Positions 28,305 to 41,344 of a stretch of 64,000 bases of DNA are shown here, one piece after another; within the stretch, counting starts at the first letter, position 1; each line of letters starts with the position of its first letter. The position numbers and the translations under genes were made by a program. The stretch is from Chrysomallon squamiferum (taxonomy: Eukaryota > Animalia > Mollusca): contig CM022673.1 in assembly GCA_012295275.1 (NCBI GenBank), positions 19,716,001 to 19,780,000 of the forward strand. The letters are read 5' to 3'. A model generated the notes under the pieces. That model was not told the origin of the DNA. It made no database searches and saw only the letters and a program-made list of their open reading frames with translations.

Positions 28305-29924
28305 ACAAAACTAACATATTTATTGACATATGACTTTGCAGCTGATCACCATGCCCTTTATAACTAAGGATTTAATAATAATAAAGTTTAATAAGCTAAC
28401 AGTTTGCTTTTATTTATGTAGATATATCAGTAATACTAGTATCATACAAGTGGTTTTCTCCTATGACATCAACATTAAAATTAGACATTTGTTGTTACTT
28501 TTATAGCTGTTAATATATAAATAAGAAGAACCATAAAATGGCACTGGAGAAACTGAATTAGATTATAAGCAGTTTTATCATGTACATTATAATGTCGTGT
28601 TTCAAGTTTTATTTGATCAGTCATTTTGTATGATCTGATGACTGTTTATTTTTGTCAGATATTTTATATTAATAAAAATTGATATCCTTAAGTTAAATAA
28701 ATAAAATGAAATATTTTAACTATTTATTTATTTTATTTTATTATTATTTTTTTTTAATTCTCCTTATGATGGGTATATGAATAAGAGAGAAACATTCTGT
28801 ACAAATTTAACAGTGAACTACCGGAACTGAACCAAAAGGAATCGCTGATGGTGCCTTGGTTGATTGGGGACATATTAGGTGGCTGGTTTGCAGTCATACA
28901 TCTGGATGCAGGATATACAGTTGATTATAAACAGTTTCATTGGGGTATTTCTTTAAGGAGTTAAGTAACATTTTTATTCATAAACTTAATAAAGTATTTA
29001 CAATATTTAATTAATATCTTGAGATTGCTTCTGAAAACTGAAACATACACAGAATTGAAACGATTGTATATTTAATACTGAATAACAAGTTCAACCATTT
29101 GAAATGTAACAGATTAATTAAAAAAAATAAAAATAGTTTTTATATTTGATAAAACAGAATTCTATATTTATACAGTGATGTTTCCAAATATCAGATAGCC
29201 AAGAATTTCATGGCAGTCACCTGGTATATGCTATGGATATTATTATTGTTGTTATTGTTGCTAGTTATATAGGTAATTTCCTATATCTTGTTGAACTAAG
29301 TGTATAATATACTACTATTATTAGGATTAAGTATTATATAAATTTATTAAACACTGGATTATATTTGTTCAATTTTTTGTTATTATATTATTATTCTTAT
29401 TATTATTATCTTTCTTAATAATCAAATGCTAATAATATTTATATATTTATCTAATTAAAAATAATAAAATGAAATAGTGTAAACCAAAAAGATATCAGTT
29501 ACATTCATGATAAAAAATACATCTTCGAGAGTAACAAGAAGTCAAAATATCTTTTATAATAGTTTTGACCATTAATTGTTTCTTTTACTGTTTGCTTATT
29601 AATAAAAAAAAATGCTGAGCACTGACATAACAGAATAACATCAAATTCAGTTTTTATTTAGTCAAAGTTTAGGCCAGTAGACAAGTGTGATTCAGGCTCA
29701 GATTAAGTTATATAACACATCTTTGAGATTTTATATGAACAAAGTCTTTTATAATGGCAGTAGTGTCAACTGTTCTCAACCATTTGCATTCTTTGCTCAT
29801 TAACGTCGGCATATTTAAACGTTTTTAGCCCATCATCGTTTTTTGATAATTTTTTAACATCATACACAAATACATGTGTAGCATTATTTCAGCATTAAGA
29901 AAACATGATTTCATGTTGTCATTT

Positions 29925-30576
29925 AAGATGAGACGGTACATGAGCAGCTCCAGTGCCTCGCTGCCTGTTATCACTGCGTATCGTCCTGATCATCAACTGC
30001 AGCATCTGATTGAGAAGCACTCAGATCAGTTGTAGCCCGCTTGCCGAACCATGTTGAGAAGTACCACAAACTGTTGAAGTTCGTTTGCCATAGTGGCCTC
30101 CAAATCATTTGGATACTTGTTAATGAGAGCCAATTTTGACAGTTGTTCCTCGGACATCGACAATATATATTGAGAAAGAAGCCAAACTTGTTACTGATTT
30201 CCTCATATGCTTGCAAACGTGTATTTACGACAAAGCAACTAGTGAACTAGTTGTGGTCACTGGCTACTGAGGAAAGAAATTTTCAACAACAAAACTGTTC
30301 AAAAATGTACCACTACACATAACAAATATCAAAGGCTATAGTCAAAATCGTGATAATCATCATTTTTATTTTTAAAAAAAGAAAAAAAAGGGTTATCTGC
30401 ATGACCCATGAAAGTGCTGGGTCCGTAGCATTTACTACAACTGTTAATCCGGCATTGTGTGTATGTACATATATGTGTATAAAATCTACAACCTTTATTA
30501 AAAAAATATATATATAAAAATGAAAGCACGGAGCTGTAGCATTTGCTGCATCTGCTATCGTTTTAATCCGGCACTG
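29925..30576 (-). mobile_element. hAT transposon relic: frameshifted transposase fragment plus TIR end(s)
   Basis: Minus-strand peptides RLQAYEEISNKFGFF, NKYPNDLEATMANELQQFV and ELLMYRLI resemble the C-terminal region of ZMYM1-like hAT transposases. A TIR-like CAGTGCCGGATTAA (minus strand) has its terminus at 30576, with a second decayed copy ending at 30457. Confidence 0.65.
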
Positions 30577-31114
30577 CCTTCAGGTGAAATTTTGATGTTC
30601 TTTTATTGAAAAACTGAAAATTTGTTTCAATGATGTTAGTAAAACCCCCAAAAAGGAACAATATATGCAAATTACTTATAACTGTGTATGTGGAGCTGCT
30701 ACTCAGAAAATGACAATAAATAAATTTGCAAATAAATCAAGTTTTATGGAACAATGAAATAGATGCGCGTGCTACAACCAGCATTTATCATATTTGGCTT
30801 GGTTTCTGTCAAGTTTGTTTCTGGCTGTAAAATCAGTCTTATTAGCATACCAAGAAAATGATGAGAGAGAATTTATTTGTAATCAACAAGAATGTTTTTG
30901 CTTTAATCCCCATTTAAAATAACCAATGGGAATTTCAATAATTGTTATTGACACACACTGACATAACTGAATATAAGCTAAAATCTGCCTATACATGATC
31001 ATCTTAGTGGAATATTTAGACAATAAACATATTTCTGACAGCAGGCAAATGCCGTGAAATGTATCGTGTTAGGTTAACAGTGTAAATTCTAAGTCTTCGT
31101 AAAGATAAACAATA

Positions 31115-33233
31115 AGAAGCAGAAGAAACTATACCTTAGACCAGCTTTTCTCAACCTTTTTACCCTTGTGTAACCCTTGAAATAAAAATCATGGAACCCC
31201 TGCACAAAATGTATATACCATATCTTTCTCATATATTTTTAATTGTAGTTCACATGGTAAATCAATATCTATATATATATATACATATATTTTATTTTTG
31301 TTTGTTGAATAACTGGTTTAAGGAAAATTAATATTTCTTTGGTCAAATTTATTGGTAATGCTAAATAAAATTTATACTGTGTGTTTATGACACCTTCACA
31401 AAAGTAATCTAACCATAAAATGCAATACAAAAGAGTGTTTCATTTTTTAGAATTCATAAAATTAATGAATATCATGATAACATGAGGGGACTGTACCTGC
31501 ATGCCAGGAAGCGAATAATTCGTGCATGCATCCTGTAATCTTGTGAGCCACGTGATACACAAATCAATCACCTCAAATGTGTGAGTGTGCATGCATGTAT
31601 AATATTGAGTGGGCACAGACTAGTGAAGGTAGTTTCACATATTATCAACTATTGTATCGTATAATTCTAAAATTTTCAAAAAAAAAAAAATTATATTACC
31701 ACTATGAAGTCTAAATTTTAACAGCACCGTAGACATAACTAAATATATTCCTAATCATTATGATATTTTTAATAACAATAACGAAAGATTTCCACAGAAT
31801 ATGCTGTGTGTAATATGAATATGAAATTAAATAAAATTAACTTGAAAGTGCATTATTTCACTCTTTCTCATGGAACCCAGGTTGAGAAACACTGCCTTAG
31901 ACTTCGGGTTTACCAAAACATTACAATAAACCATTGTTTACTGATTCATGTAAAGATGCAACCAAAGAGCGAAACAGGGCCCTTGAAAGGTTCAAACATG
32001 AGCCAAATGAGGGCAACCTAAATGCTCATCATATTGCTAGGGCTAAGGCACGCAGAGATATTCGATACAGTAAAACAATTTCTTGGAGGAAATATATTTC
32101 CAACATCAATTCCCAAACATTAGTGAAATCTGTGTGAAATAGGAACCAAAAAATCAAGGGAAGGAAATCCTGTAACACTGTTCACCATTTGTCTGAGGTG
32201 ATAGAGTGTCACGTCTCACCTTAATGTTGCAAATGTTTCAGGAGATAACTTTGCTCATAATTCTGCTTCTTCTTTCCGTACAAATGCTTTCACATCTTTA
32301 TGTAATAAAGCTGAAAAGCAGAGTATTAATTTTTCATCTGAAAATGCTGATATATACAATAAGCCTTCTCCACAGAAGAGTTGCTGGTGCTCTATGACAC
32401 CAGCAGGCCCAGATGACATAGACACTCAGTTACTTAAACATTCACTCAGCTCATCTCTCCTAAGCATTTTTTATTAAAATCTGGATTTCTGCTAACTTTT
32501 CTTCTGACTGGAAGAAAGCAATTATCATTGCTATTCCAAAGTCTGGTAAGGATCCAACAAAATTTACTAATTATTGCTCTATTGCCTTGAAGTTGCATCT
32601 TCAAAACCATGGAATGAATGATCAGTCATAGACTTGTCTGGGTTTTTCAATCTCACAAACTGCTTACTAGCGTGCAGTGTGTCTTCAGATCCAGTCGTAG
32701 CAGACAGATTATCTTTTTAGATTCGAAATGTTTTGCAGGGAAGCTTTCATCCATAATCAACTCCTAGTTTCGCTGTGTGTTTTTTATTTGAAGAAAGCTT
32801 ACGATACTTCATGGAAGTATGGGATAATGAAGGACTTCCATGACTTTGATCTAAGAGTTTGCCTTCCCATTTTTTTAAGTAATTTTTAAAAAGAGACTGT
32901 TTAAATTTTGGGTGGGATCTACAGGGTAGTATCCGGTTGGTAACCCTATTTTCTGAGACAATTAACAGTATCACTCAGTGTGTAAAACCTAGAGTTGACT
33001 GTTCTTTATAAGTTGATGATTTTCAGATTTGCTACAGATTGTCCAATATGGGTATTATCAAATGTCAGTTGCAATTTTGTCTGAATAAAATTCAACAATG
33101 GGCAACTGACTATGATTTTAGATTCCCAAAAACAAAGAAAGTATTTATGCATATCTGCCAGAAAAGAGGTCACCATTTGGACCTACGGTTATTTCACAAC
33201 AAAAACTCAATTCCTGTTGTGGAGGAGACTAAA
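31115..33233 (+). mobile_element. Decayed non-LTR retrotransposon ORF2 (I/Nimb-like clade, RT domain), interrupted by a hAT MITE
   Basis: Peptides AEETIP*TSGLPKHYNKPLFTDSCKDATKERNRALERFK...ARAKARRDIR...SWRKYIS, AGPDDI..QLLKH, WKKAIIIAIPKSGKDPT..NY, LKKAYDTSWKYGI, QGS, *VDDFQIC (YVDD motif mutated) and LNKIQQWA...IPVVEETK, with many stops and frameshifts. Confidence 0.88.
31142..31894. mobile_element. hAT (Charlie-like) MITE, 753 bp
   Basis: TIRs CAGCTTTTCTCAACCT and (reverse complement) CAGTGTTTCTCAACCT; perfect 8-bp TSD CCTTAGAC at 31134-31141 and 31895-31902. Confidence 0.9.
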
Positions 33234-33743
33234 CTCAGACAATCTTTTCTATGATCTTCAAGTTTGTGATGACCCACGCCCAGCTTACTTGAATTATGAC
33301 GCTGGCTCAGAGGTTTCACTTGTACCAAATTTTTCCCAGTCCAGCGTTTTGTGGGAAGAACCGTTGCAGAGATCACTTTCAGAGTGGTTGGACATTGAGG
33401 AATTGACAACTTGGTCATGTCTGTAAAATGTTAACAAAAAATAGTAATATATAAATCATCAAAGAAATCAAGGTTATATTTTTCTACGCAGTTATTGTCA
33501 GAAACTTCACAGTAAAATCAGTTTACATGTTACTACTGAATATGCTTTGATATTATCGTGTTGGTATTTTTCTATTTGCGAAATGTTCATCAGTTGAATG
33601 TGGAAAGTCATACATATCAGCTTCATGTCACTGAATGGCCACTGAAGAACTTTTACATAATTATAAATACATTTATTATTCCTTCTAACAGTTTTATTAT
33701 TTGAAACATTAAGATTTCCATAAAATTTTTATATGCTTCTGGA

Positions 33744-34336
33744 TTTTGCGGGAAGGACAAACTTTATCTGCTAAAGGTAAGTAATTTAGGACGTTTCTTC
33801 TTTCCTGTATATCCGTATTTTATTAGTCTTTGATGTGTCTGTATGTCACTAGCTGTCCTCTCTAGATTTACAGAAGTCTTATCTTATTTATTTCAGTTGT
33901 TTGATGTTTCTTTTAGAACAGAACTGTATGGAACAGGTCGCAATCCTCAGGCACACCTGAAATAAGTAACATTGTGAGTCCATGTCACATCTGGTGCATT
34001 GGATGTTGTGGTGCAATTCTATACAGAAAATATAAGGAACGATGTTCTTTTTATTTCTTTTCACAACATGTCCACTTCAACATGGTGTGTAAAACCTTGA
34101 CATGCACAATAACTAAGGTGGGAAGACTATCAAATGACTACCTTTTGTAGGGAGGACAAATCTTACTTGCTACAGGTGAAAAATTTAAGACTTTTTTCTT
34201 TCGTATATATCCGTATTTTCTTATTATTTTTGATGCTGTCTATCTGCTTGTCTGTGCCTAATTTCTCTAAATTTACAGAAGTCTCACCTTATTTATTTAA
34301 AATGTTTAATGTTTCTGTCAGAACAGAACTGTATGG
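33744..34336 (+). repeat. Diverged direct duplication (~190 bp; 33744-33931 and 34143-34336)
   Basis: Shared blocks ggacaaa, tatatccgtatttt, atttacagaagtct, cttatttattt, tgtttc and agaacagaactgtatgg in the same order. Confidence 0.85.
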
Positions 34337-34596
34337 TTCTTTCTGACTGAATTCTGACTGGGTGATGTTGCCGCTACATCACCTGATGTCATCGCTGGAG
34401 AATGTTAATATAATGCAGGTATATGTACAATTACATTATTACATACTCTGGTTATTTTCTGTTGTATCATTGATAATTTTTGCAGTGTGCACAAAGACAT
34501 TACAATCGTCAATCATGACTCTTCTGAAAAAATGTATCCTGAACTTCAGCCACATTTTCTTCCAGGTAAAATATGCTTCTGATAACTTATCATCAT

Positions 34597-34816
34597 TGAC
34601 AGACTGAAGAAATTTTGGCTCTCTGGGACACCACTTACACAGAGTAACAATAATGTAAGTCAACTCTTGCTGAGTAGTACTGACTGCATTGCAAAATATT
34701 CTTTTCTGACAGACTGAAGAAATTTTGGCTCTCTGGGACACCACTTACACACAGTAACAATAATGTAAGAGTCAACTCTTGCTGAGTAGTACTGACTGCA
34801 TTGCAAAATATTCTTT
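34597..34816 (+). repeat. Near-identical tandem duplication, 110-bp period
   Basis: tgacagactgaagaaattttggctctctgggacaccacttacac...gcattgcaaaatattcttt starts at 34597 and again at 34707. Confidence 0.93.
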
Positions 34817-35479
34817 CATTCAGTCATACCAGGAGCTTGTCACACTCTTTATCTTCCATTTGTAGATTGGGAGTCAAATTGGAAATTGAAGATTACCATT
34901 GGTATGCTTTGAAATGTGCAAGGTGCAAAAGACTGGGTAATTTGTAGGAAATACTCAAAACAGTACTCTATATACTGAGTTTCTCTTTTCAGTCACTTTA
35001 ACACTTTTAATACATAGTTTTATCATATATTCTTTGCAACCATAGCAAGACATGTTTATCCTATTGTTTGAGAAGGTGAGACAATTATAAGTTTGACTGC
35101 TTGATTAGTTAATCCTCATCATCATAATCATTAGTGTATATCAAAATAAAGGGTCAAAATAAGTCTATGGACTTATTTTGACACTTCAGGTTCAAACAAA
35201 TGACTCTGGTCCTGACATTTTGACAAAAACATATGAGGCTGTGTTACTGTGGCACTTTAATTAAAAGACTGATCCGCAGTGCAATATGTTTCAAAGAGTA
35301 TTTCATAGGATTATCGATAATAAAAGAATTATAAATGTTAAGTGATAAATGGTTTTGGAGATGAATGTTTTGACCTTCATTTTTTAAAAAGGAATATCCC
35401 AATTTGAAGCTGGGAGTAGTGTATCCCTTGGAATTTTTGCTGAGAGCAATTTTATGGAGAGTAAGTAGATCAAACAATT

Positions 35480-36760
35480 GAGATTAAAAAGCAAATTAAC
35501 ATGTTTGAATCAAAAATATTAGAAGCCCAGAGAATTAGAGCTACAGTTTAAGATTTAAAGAATATAGAAAATCCAACAAAATGTTTCTTAAGAATAGGAC
35601 ATAAAAATAAATTTAATAATAATAATAATAATAAATTAAATAAATAAATAAATAAAGTTATTAAAAGTACTTTAGATTCTGAAGGTAACAGTAAAAGTAA
35701 TTCTTCAGATATAAGAAAGGTATTTGTATAATTTTAGTCTACATTATTTTAAAAAGAGTATACAGATAATGAAGTTTGTAAGAATTTTGATAGTGAAATA
35801 CCTGAATTAGAAAACCAGGTAAGTGAACTTTGTAAAGATCTTAAAGGTATTAAAAGAAATGAAAAAATAATAAAACATCTGATCCTGAACGATAATAGAA
35901 TATCTGTGCTTAGTCCTAAGTAATTTAATTTTTCACAATTAGGCTTAATTTTTTGTCAAACTATATTAAATGGTTTTTAATTCTAGTTTCCTAAGGAATA
36001 TATAAAAATTGTCACTTTAATATGTAAGTATAAAAATAATTTGGATCTGGTCATAAATTATAGACCTATCTCACTATTAAATACAGATTATAAAATTCTT
36101 TCTAACATTATATCGAAAAGCTTAGGTCTTATTTTGGGAAATTTAATTCATTGATATCAAACTTAGGGTATAAAAGGAAGGTCAATTTTATTAAGGAATA
36201 TAAAAAAATTACATCAAAAAAGTATTCTGTGTGCAGTTATTTCTATAAAAAAGCATTTGACACAATTTCATGAGTTTATCTTTAAAATAGATCATGTTTA
36301 TTTCGTGAAACATTAAAAAAATGGATTTGGATTCTCTATATATTAAAAGCAGTTTGATTATCTGTCAACATATATCTAAGCTTTTTCTGTCTGCAAATGT
36401 AGTCCTTTTCACCATTATTATATTACTGATTTTTCAAATCTCTTTTACAAAAATAAGAAAAGCTCACACTAAAAATGGCTTACAGTTACCTGGTTCTAAA
36501 CACACCGTCACAGTTTCCGCTTTTGTTATATTCAGTATTTTGACTATTGAAGAATCTATTACCAAATTTATTAATATGTTCAGTTATTTTGGAAAAGCTT
36601 CAGGGAACAAATTAAACATGAGAAAAACTAAAGGTATTTGGTTAAGGCAAATGGAAATAGGAAGACCATCCATTTGGTAAATCTTGGATAGAACCATTAA
36701 AATGGTAATGTTTGAATAGATTTATGAATTATTAAATGGTGTTGTATCTTTCTTTAAAGA
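35480..36760 (+). mobile_element. Heavily decayed L1/Tx1-clade LINE ORF2 fragment
   Basis: From 36056: NYRPISLLNTDYKILSNIISKSLGLILGNLIH*YQT*GIKGRSI; KAFDTISH-like at ~36250; FGKASGNKLNMRKTKGIWL at ~36590. Boundaries are approximate. Confidence 0.8.
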
Positions 36761-37421
36761 CATTGTATTTCATAATGATCTAATTTTATATTTCTTAAAT
36801 GATGTAAAATATTTTAAACAGTATAAATAAGTTGTGTTTTCAGCACAAAGTAATTATTCAAATTTTTTAGTTTTACATTTCTTTCTAGGTTAAAATTTAG
36901 AATTCATAGTGGTAATATAATTTTCTTTTTTTTGAAAATGTTAGAATTTTACGGTAAAATAGTTTATAATATTTTAACATTAAAACAAATATAAAATTAA
37001 TTTCTTCATTATTATTATTATTATTATTCTCAAAACAAATGTTGAATTTTATTTTATTATTAATTCATTCTTCTCAAAATGTATTGGCATTTTTATTTGC
37101 TGTTTAGGTGATATGAATAAAAATACTGCAGATTTTGAGATACAAAAGAAATGTTATTCTGTGTCATAAAGTAATAGAAACATTTTTCTCAGTTGAAATG
37201 AAACTCACTGTGTCTTTTTCCGCCTGCATTTTTTTTATCTTGTTCACCTAAGATTATAACATGTGCAGATATCACTGAAGAAACAGATGACTATGTTTTA
37301 AAAATTTCAAAACTGAACCCTGACTGCTTCATATGTTTTTCTCTTTTCATTCTGTCAAAAGAAATGAAAAAAGTCAGTAATTCATTTAAGTAACTTAACA
37401 AAAATTACAAAATTAATTTGT

Positions 37422-37423
<2 letters not shown>

Positions 37424-37497
<74 letters not shown>
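37424..37497. repeat. (ATT)n microsatellite
   Basis: Read directly from the sequence. Confidence 0.9.
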
Positions 37498-37499
<2 letters not shown>

Positions 37500-37790
37500 A
37501 GCCAGATTTACATACCGTTGGCATTGTAAATTACCCACCAGCTCCAGTCAAATAACACTTAAGAACTGTACCAAAGATTTTTGTTAAATTAAATTTTATT
37601 TGGCAAGTATATAGTTTTATTGTATTTTAACATAATGAAACAAAACCACAAGAACATGGGAACATTAATTGAAAGTAAAGGTTTCTTCACAGACTTGAAA
37701 ACTTGAAACAAACTATAAATATTGAAGCAAACTTGCTATAATTTTTTGTTTTTTAGTTTGTCCTTTTTTTTTTCTTTTTTTTTTTAATTA

Positions 37791-38375
37791 CCGTATATAC
37801 TTGTGTACAAGGCGACCTTATGTATAAGTCGATGTGTATTTTAAGACAAAAAATTGCGTCATTTTAGGTATTACTTGTGTATAAGTCGACTGTAGATTCC
37901 AGGCACCGTCACTATTTTTAGACCAGTGTGACAGTGCCATGAAGGCCTACACTGTATGCCTACTGTAACATAACTTGCACGAGCTGTAACTTGCACGAAC
38001 ATACCATAATAACGTAAATGCATGTATTACACGAGCTATAGCCTAAATCATTGCAAGACGCCGTAAGGCATAACGCCGTACTGACGGTTTTCTCGCTTTA
38101 AAATGTATTTTTATGTCATTAAACGGAAGAATATCATGTTTTACATTCATATTTGGTTTTGTTATTTAATTTTTCAAAAAATTTTATACGATAAAATTAT
38201 ATTTTTGAAAAGCTGAAAGACCGCGATTATTTTAGATGCATCCCGTAGCAAAAATAGTCAAAATGGCGACGCTTCAGCAACAGCTACAAAAGCATTACCT
38301 ATGTATAAGTCGACCCCCAAAATATTACCTTAATATAGTCTCCCAAAAATTCGACTTATACACAAGTATATACGG
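37791..38375. mobile_element. Tc1/mariner-superfamily (Tc2/pogo-like) MITE, 585 bp
   Basis: TA TSD on both sides; TIR CCGTATATACTTGTGTAYAAG.CGA at 37791, and its reverse complement TCGACTTATACACAAGTATATACGG ends at 38375. The body is CpG-rich relative to the flanks. Confidence 0.9.
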
Positions 38376-41344
38376 TATATGTTTTGTATGCTTTTTTTAG
38401 AAAGTTTTGTGGTTAATATAATTACTGTTAATGCCTAGTATTTCTTTTTGCCTTCCAATCCAATTAAGGAAGAAGATATTGATTTTAAAACTGATTTTGA
38501 AATAGCTTGTTGAAAATGATTCTCACACGGTAGAGTTTTTGGGTATGAATAGTTTCTACATTTACAAATATATATAAAACAAACATTTAGAAGTAGTTCT
38601 TATCACTCACATTGCTTTGTAATTTTAAATTCTTCACAAGAAGGTTGTTGTCATGGACTGTTCTCATTTACTATTTTTATTATTATAATTTTTCTTCAAA
38701 ATACATGTATATCATTATAAATAGTATGTAAGAAATACGAATCTTGTAAATTAAATAAATAAATGTCAAATTCAGTTATATATTTTATTCAGATATTAAT
38801 TGTTTCACAATATAATATGATCAAACAATAATTTACAGGTACCAGGATGACAAACAATAGCCATGTATTAAAAATACATTAAAGCATCTACTCAGGTTTA
38901 TAATAAATAAATAAAAATAAATAAACAAACAAACAAATAAATATTTCTAAACAATGTTAACGTAACAATACAAAGTATGCTTTACATGTACTACAGTATA
39001 AATTATGTGTGCAACAAATATACACATCTTTTTGTATAAATACATTTTGAAATATTCATCGATGATGATAAGAAAAAGCAAACAATGCTTTACATGTACG
39101 GTAATGATTAACAATAGCAATATAAATATATATTTTATAAAATGATATATGGATTAAAGAAGTGAAATAAAAAAAAAAAAAAAGAAATTTAAAAATATGA
39201 TAAAAATAATAAAAATAAAATTATCATTATTTGTCATGGCATTAATAATGCAAATTAAATAACAACCATTTAATTAGTCTTTAATGAAATAATTAAGTAC
39301 TAATAATACAAAAATGTTTTTTTTAATATATTTTAAAATTTAAAACAACTTAAAGAAGAACAACAAAATAATCTTGACCAATGATAAACAAATATGAATT
39401 ATACAAATTTTCAAGATAATTGTTCTCACGTCATGGGTAGAATTTCTGACCAACAGGAAAGAGCATATTGACACTGTGACCAAAGTCAGATAGAGTGACT
39501 GTGGAAGTGAAGAGAATGTGCCTGTTATGGTCACTCTCTGATTAATGCCTGTCTCTGAGAGGAATGTTTGACATAAGAAAAAGATGACATTATTATTAAG
39601 TCTGGCAGGTCACAATGGAATATATGAGTGTGAAAAATATTTTACCAAGGAAACATATGTTCATCAAACAGAACCAGTGTTGTGTGCAACCAGAACTTGA
39701 ACATTGACTAAACCACCAAAGCTCATATATAATAAATTCCTCAGTGAGAAAAGCAAAGCCACAAGGGTGGACACATTTCAAAGTTGTATTAGTGTGTTAG
39801 TTTGTCTTGGCAAAAATGGATTAAATATGCAGTTCACCATAACTTCATAAACAGCATAGATTTTATTTTGACTTTCAGTGCTACCAGCCATAGTAAGGGT
39901 CCTGTTGATGATATAATTAAGTCTTGTCAGTGTATTATCAATGATCCCAATGATTTTTAGAAGTGATCACATTAATCAAAAGTAAACTATCAGTCAAAAG
40001 GATCAAAGGTTGCATCTTAACTTGAGTGATTAGAGACCAAATGTGCCAATCAAAAACAGCAAAGTTCAGCGAATCATGAGTAGCAGCTTCAAAAGAGACA
40101 GATCTAAAAGACAAATTTTGATAAGCAATTCAATAGATGAAACATGAACTGGATTTGAGCATGGGGGGAAAAAGCTTTATCAACAAGAAATTACCCAACA
40201 GAAATGCAATTTTTGAAAAAGTGGTAATGTAAATAATTTGCAGTATAGCTTTACAAAGTAGCAAAGGCAAACAATAAATTCAAATAGATTAAACATTCAT
40301 CAACCAGTTCAAGGCTGGAAGTGACCATGCACTTTTAACAGTTTGCAATGTAAGCCATTCAACAAGGACCGATCATGTGACCTGTGCCAAGTAGTTTGTA
40401 ATACACATGTATTCAAATTATTAAAAAAATATAATAGTTTATACAAGTATTTTAAGTAAACATAAATAAACACATCTAAAAAATTAAAACTGATATTCAT
40501 GAAAACAAGCCATAAATAGTTATCTTCAAGTCCATGCATCAAAAATTGCTATAAAAAACCTGCATGCCCATCTGAGTTCAGTCTATTTCATTTTTTTCTG
40601 CACCAATAATTTATTTGATGTTATATATAAATACTTCACAAATAAATGTTTAATCTCATTTTATTAGGTAGATAACAACGAGCAAGTTGCATAATTTGTA
40701 TGTAATGATTTTGCTTTAATATTTTAATTTCCTTAATCAAGAATTTTCCTTTATCTAAAAAGTATAAAACAATACAGTGTAATATTTGTAATTTGTATAA
40801 CATTTGCAGTTTTAAATGTAAACCTGATCACATTCGTGTTCTAACATTCAAGTTGAATGAATATATAAAACAGTTGAATAAATATATAACTTATAATTAA
40901 TGAACTTAAAAATGATATTGTCTTGGACTAGTGTGACTAATGACATGACATGACATCCAAATTAATGTAGAAATGGTTGAGATTAATGTAGTCAGGAAGA
41001 ATAATGTTGCCAGATCAAATGCATTAAGAAGGAATGCTAGAGATAAAGCAGAAAATGAATGGAGAGGAGAAACTGGAGGAAAAGGCTGATCTACTAAGAA
41101 CATCCTGACCTATCCCAGTATTATTGGGAATGCACATGCATGTATTTTAAAGTTTTAATTTGTTTTTTGGAATCAACATCAGAAACAGACTAACAGAAAC
41201 AGGTTTATAAGCAGCTGTTCAATGACTGTTTTATTTTTATCATGGATCAATCTATGTTTGTGTGTGTAAAGTACATGCAGCAGATCTGATGAACTACATA
41301 CTTCTGTAAACTATGTTTTGTTGCAATTTTGTTACATATAAGGA

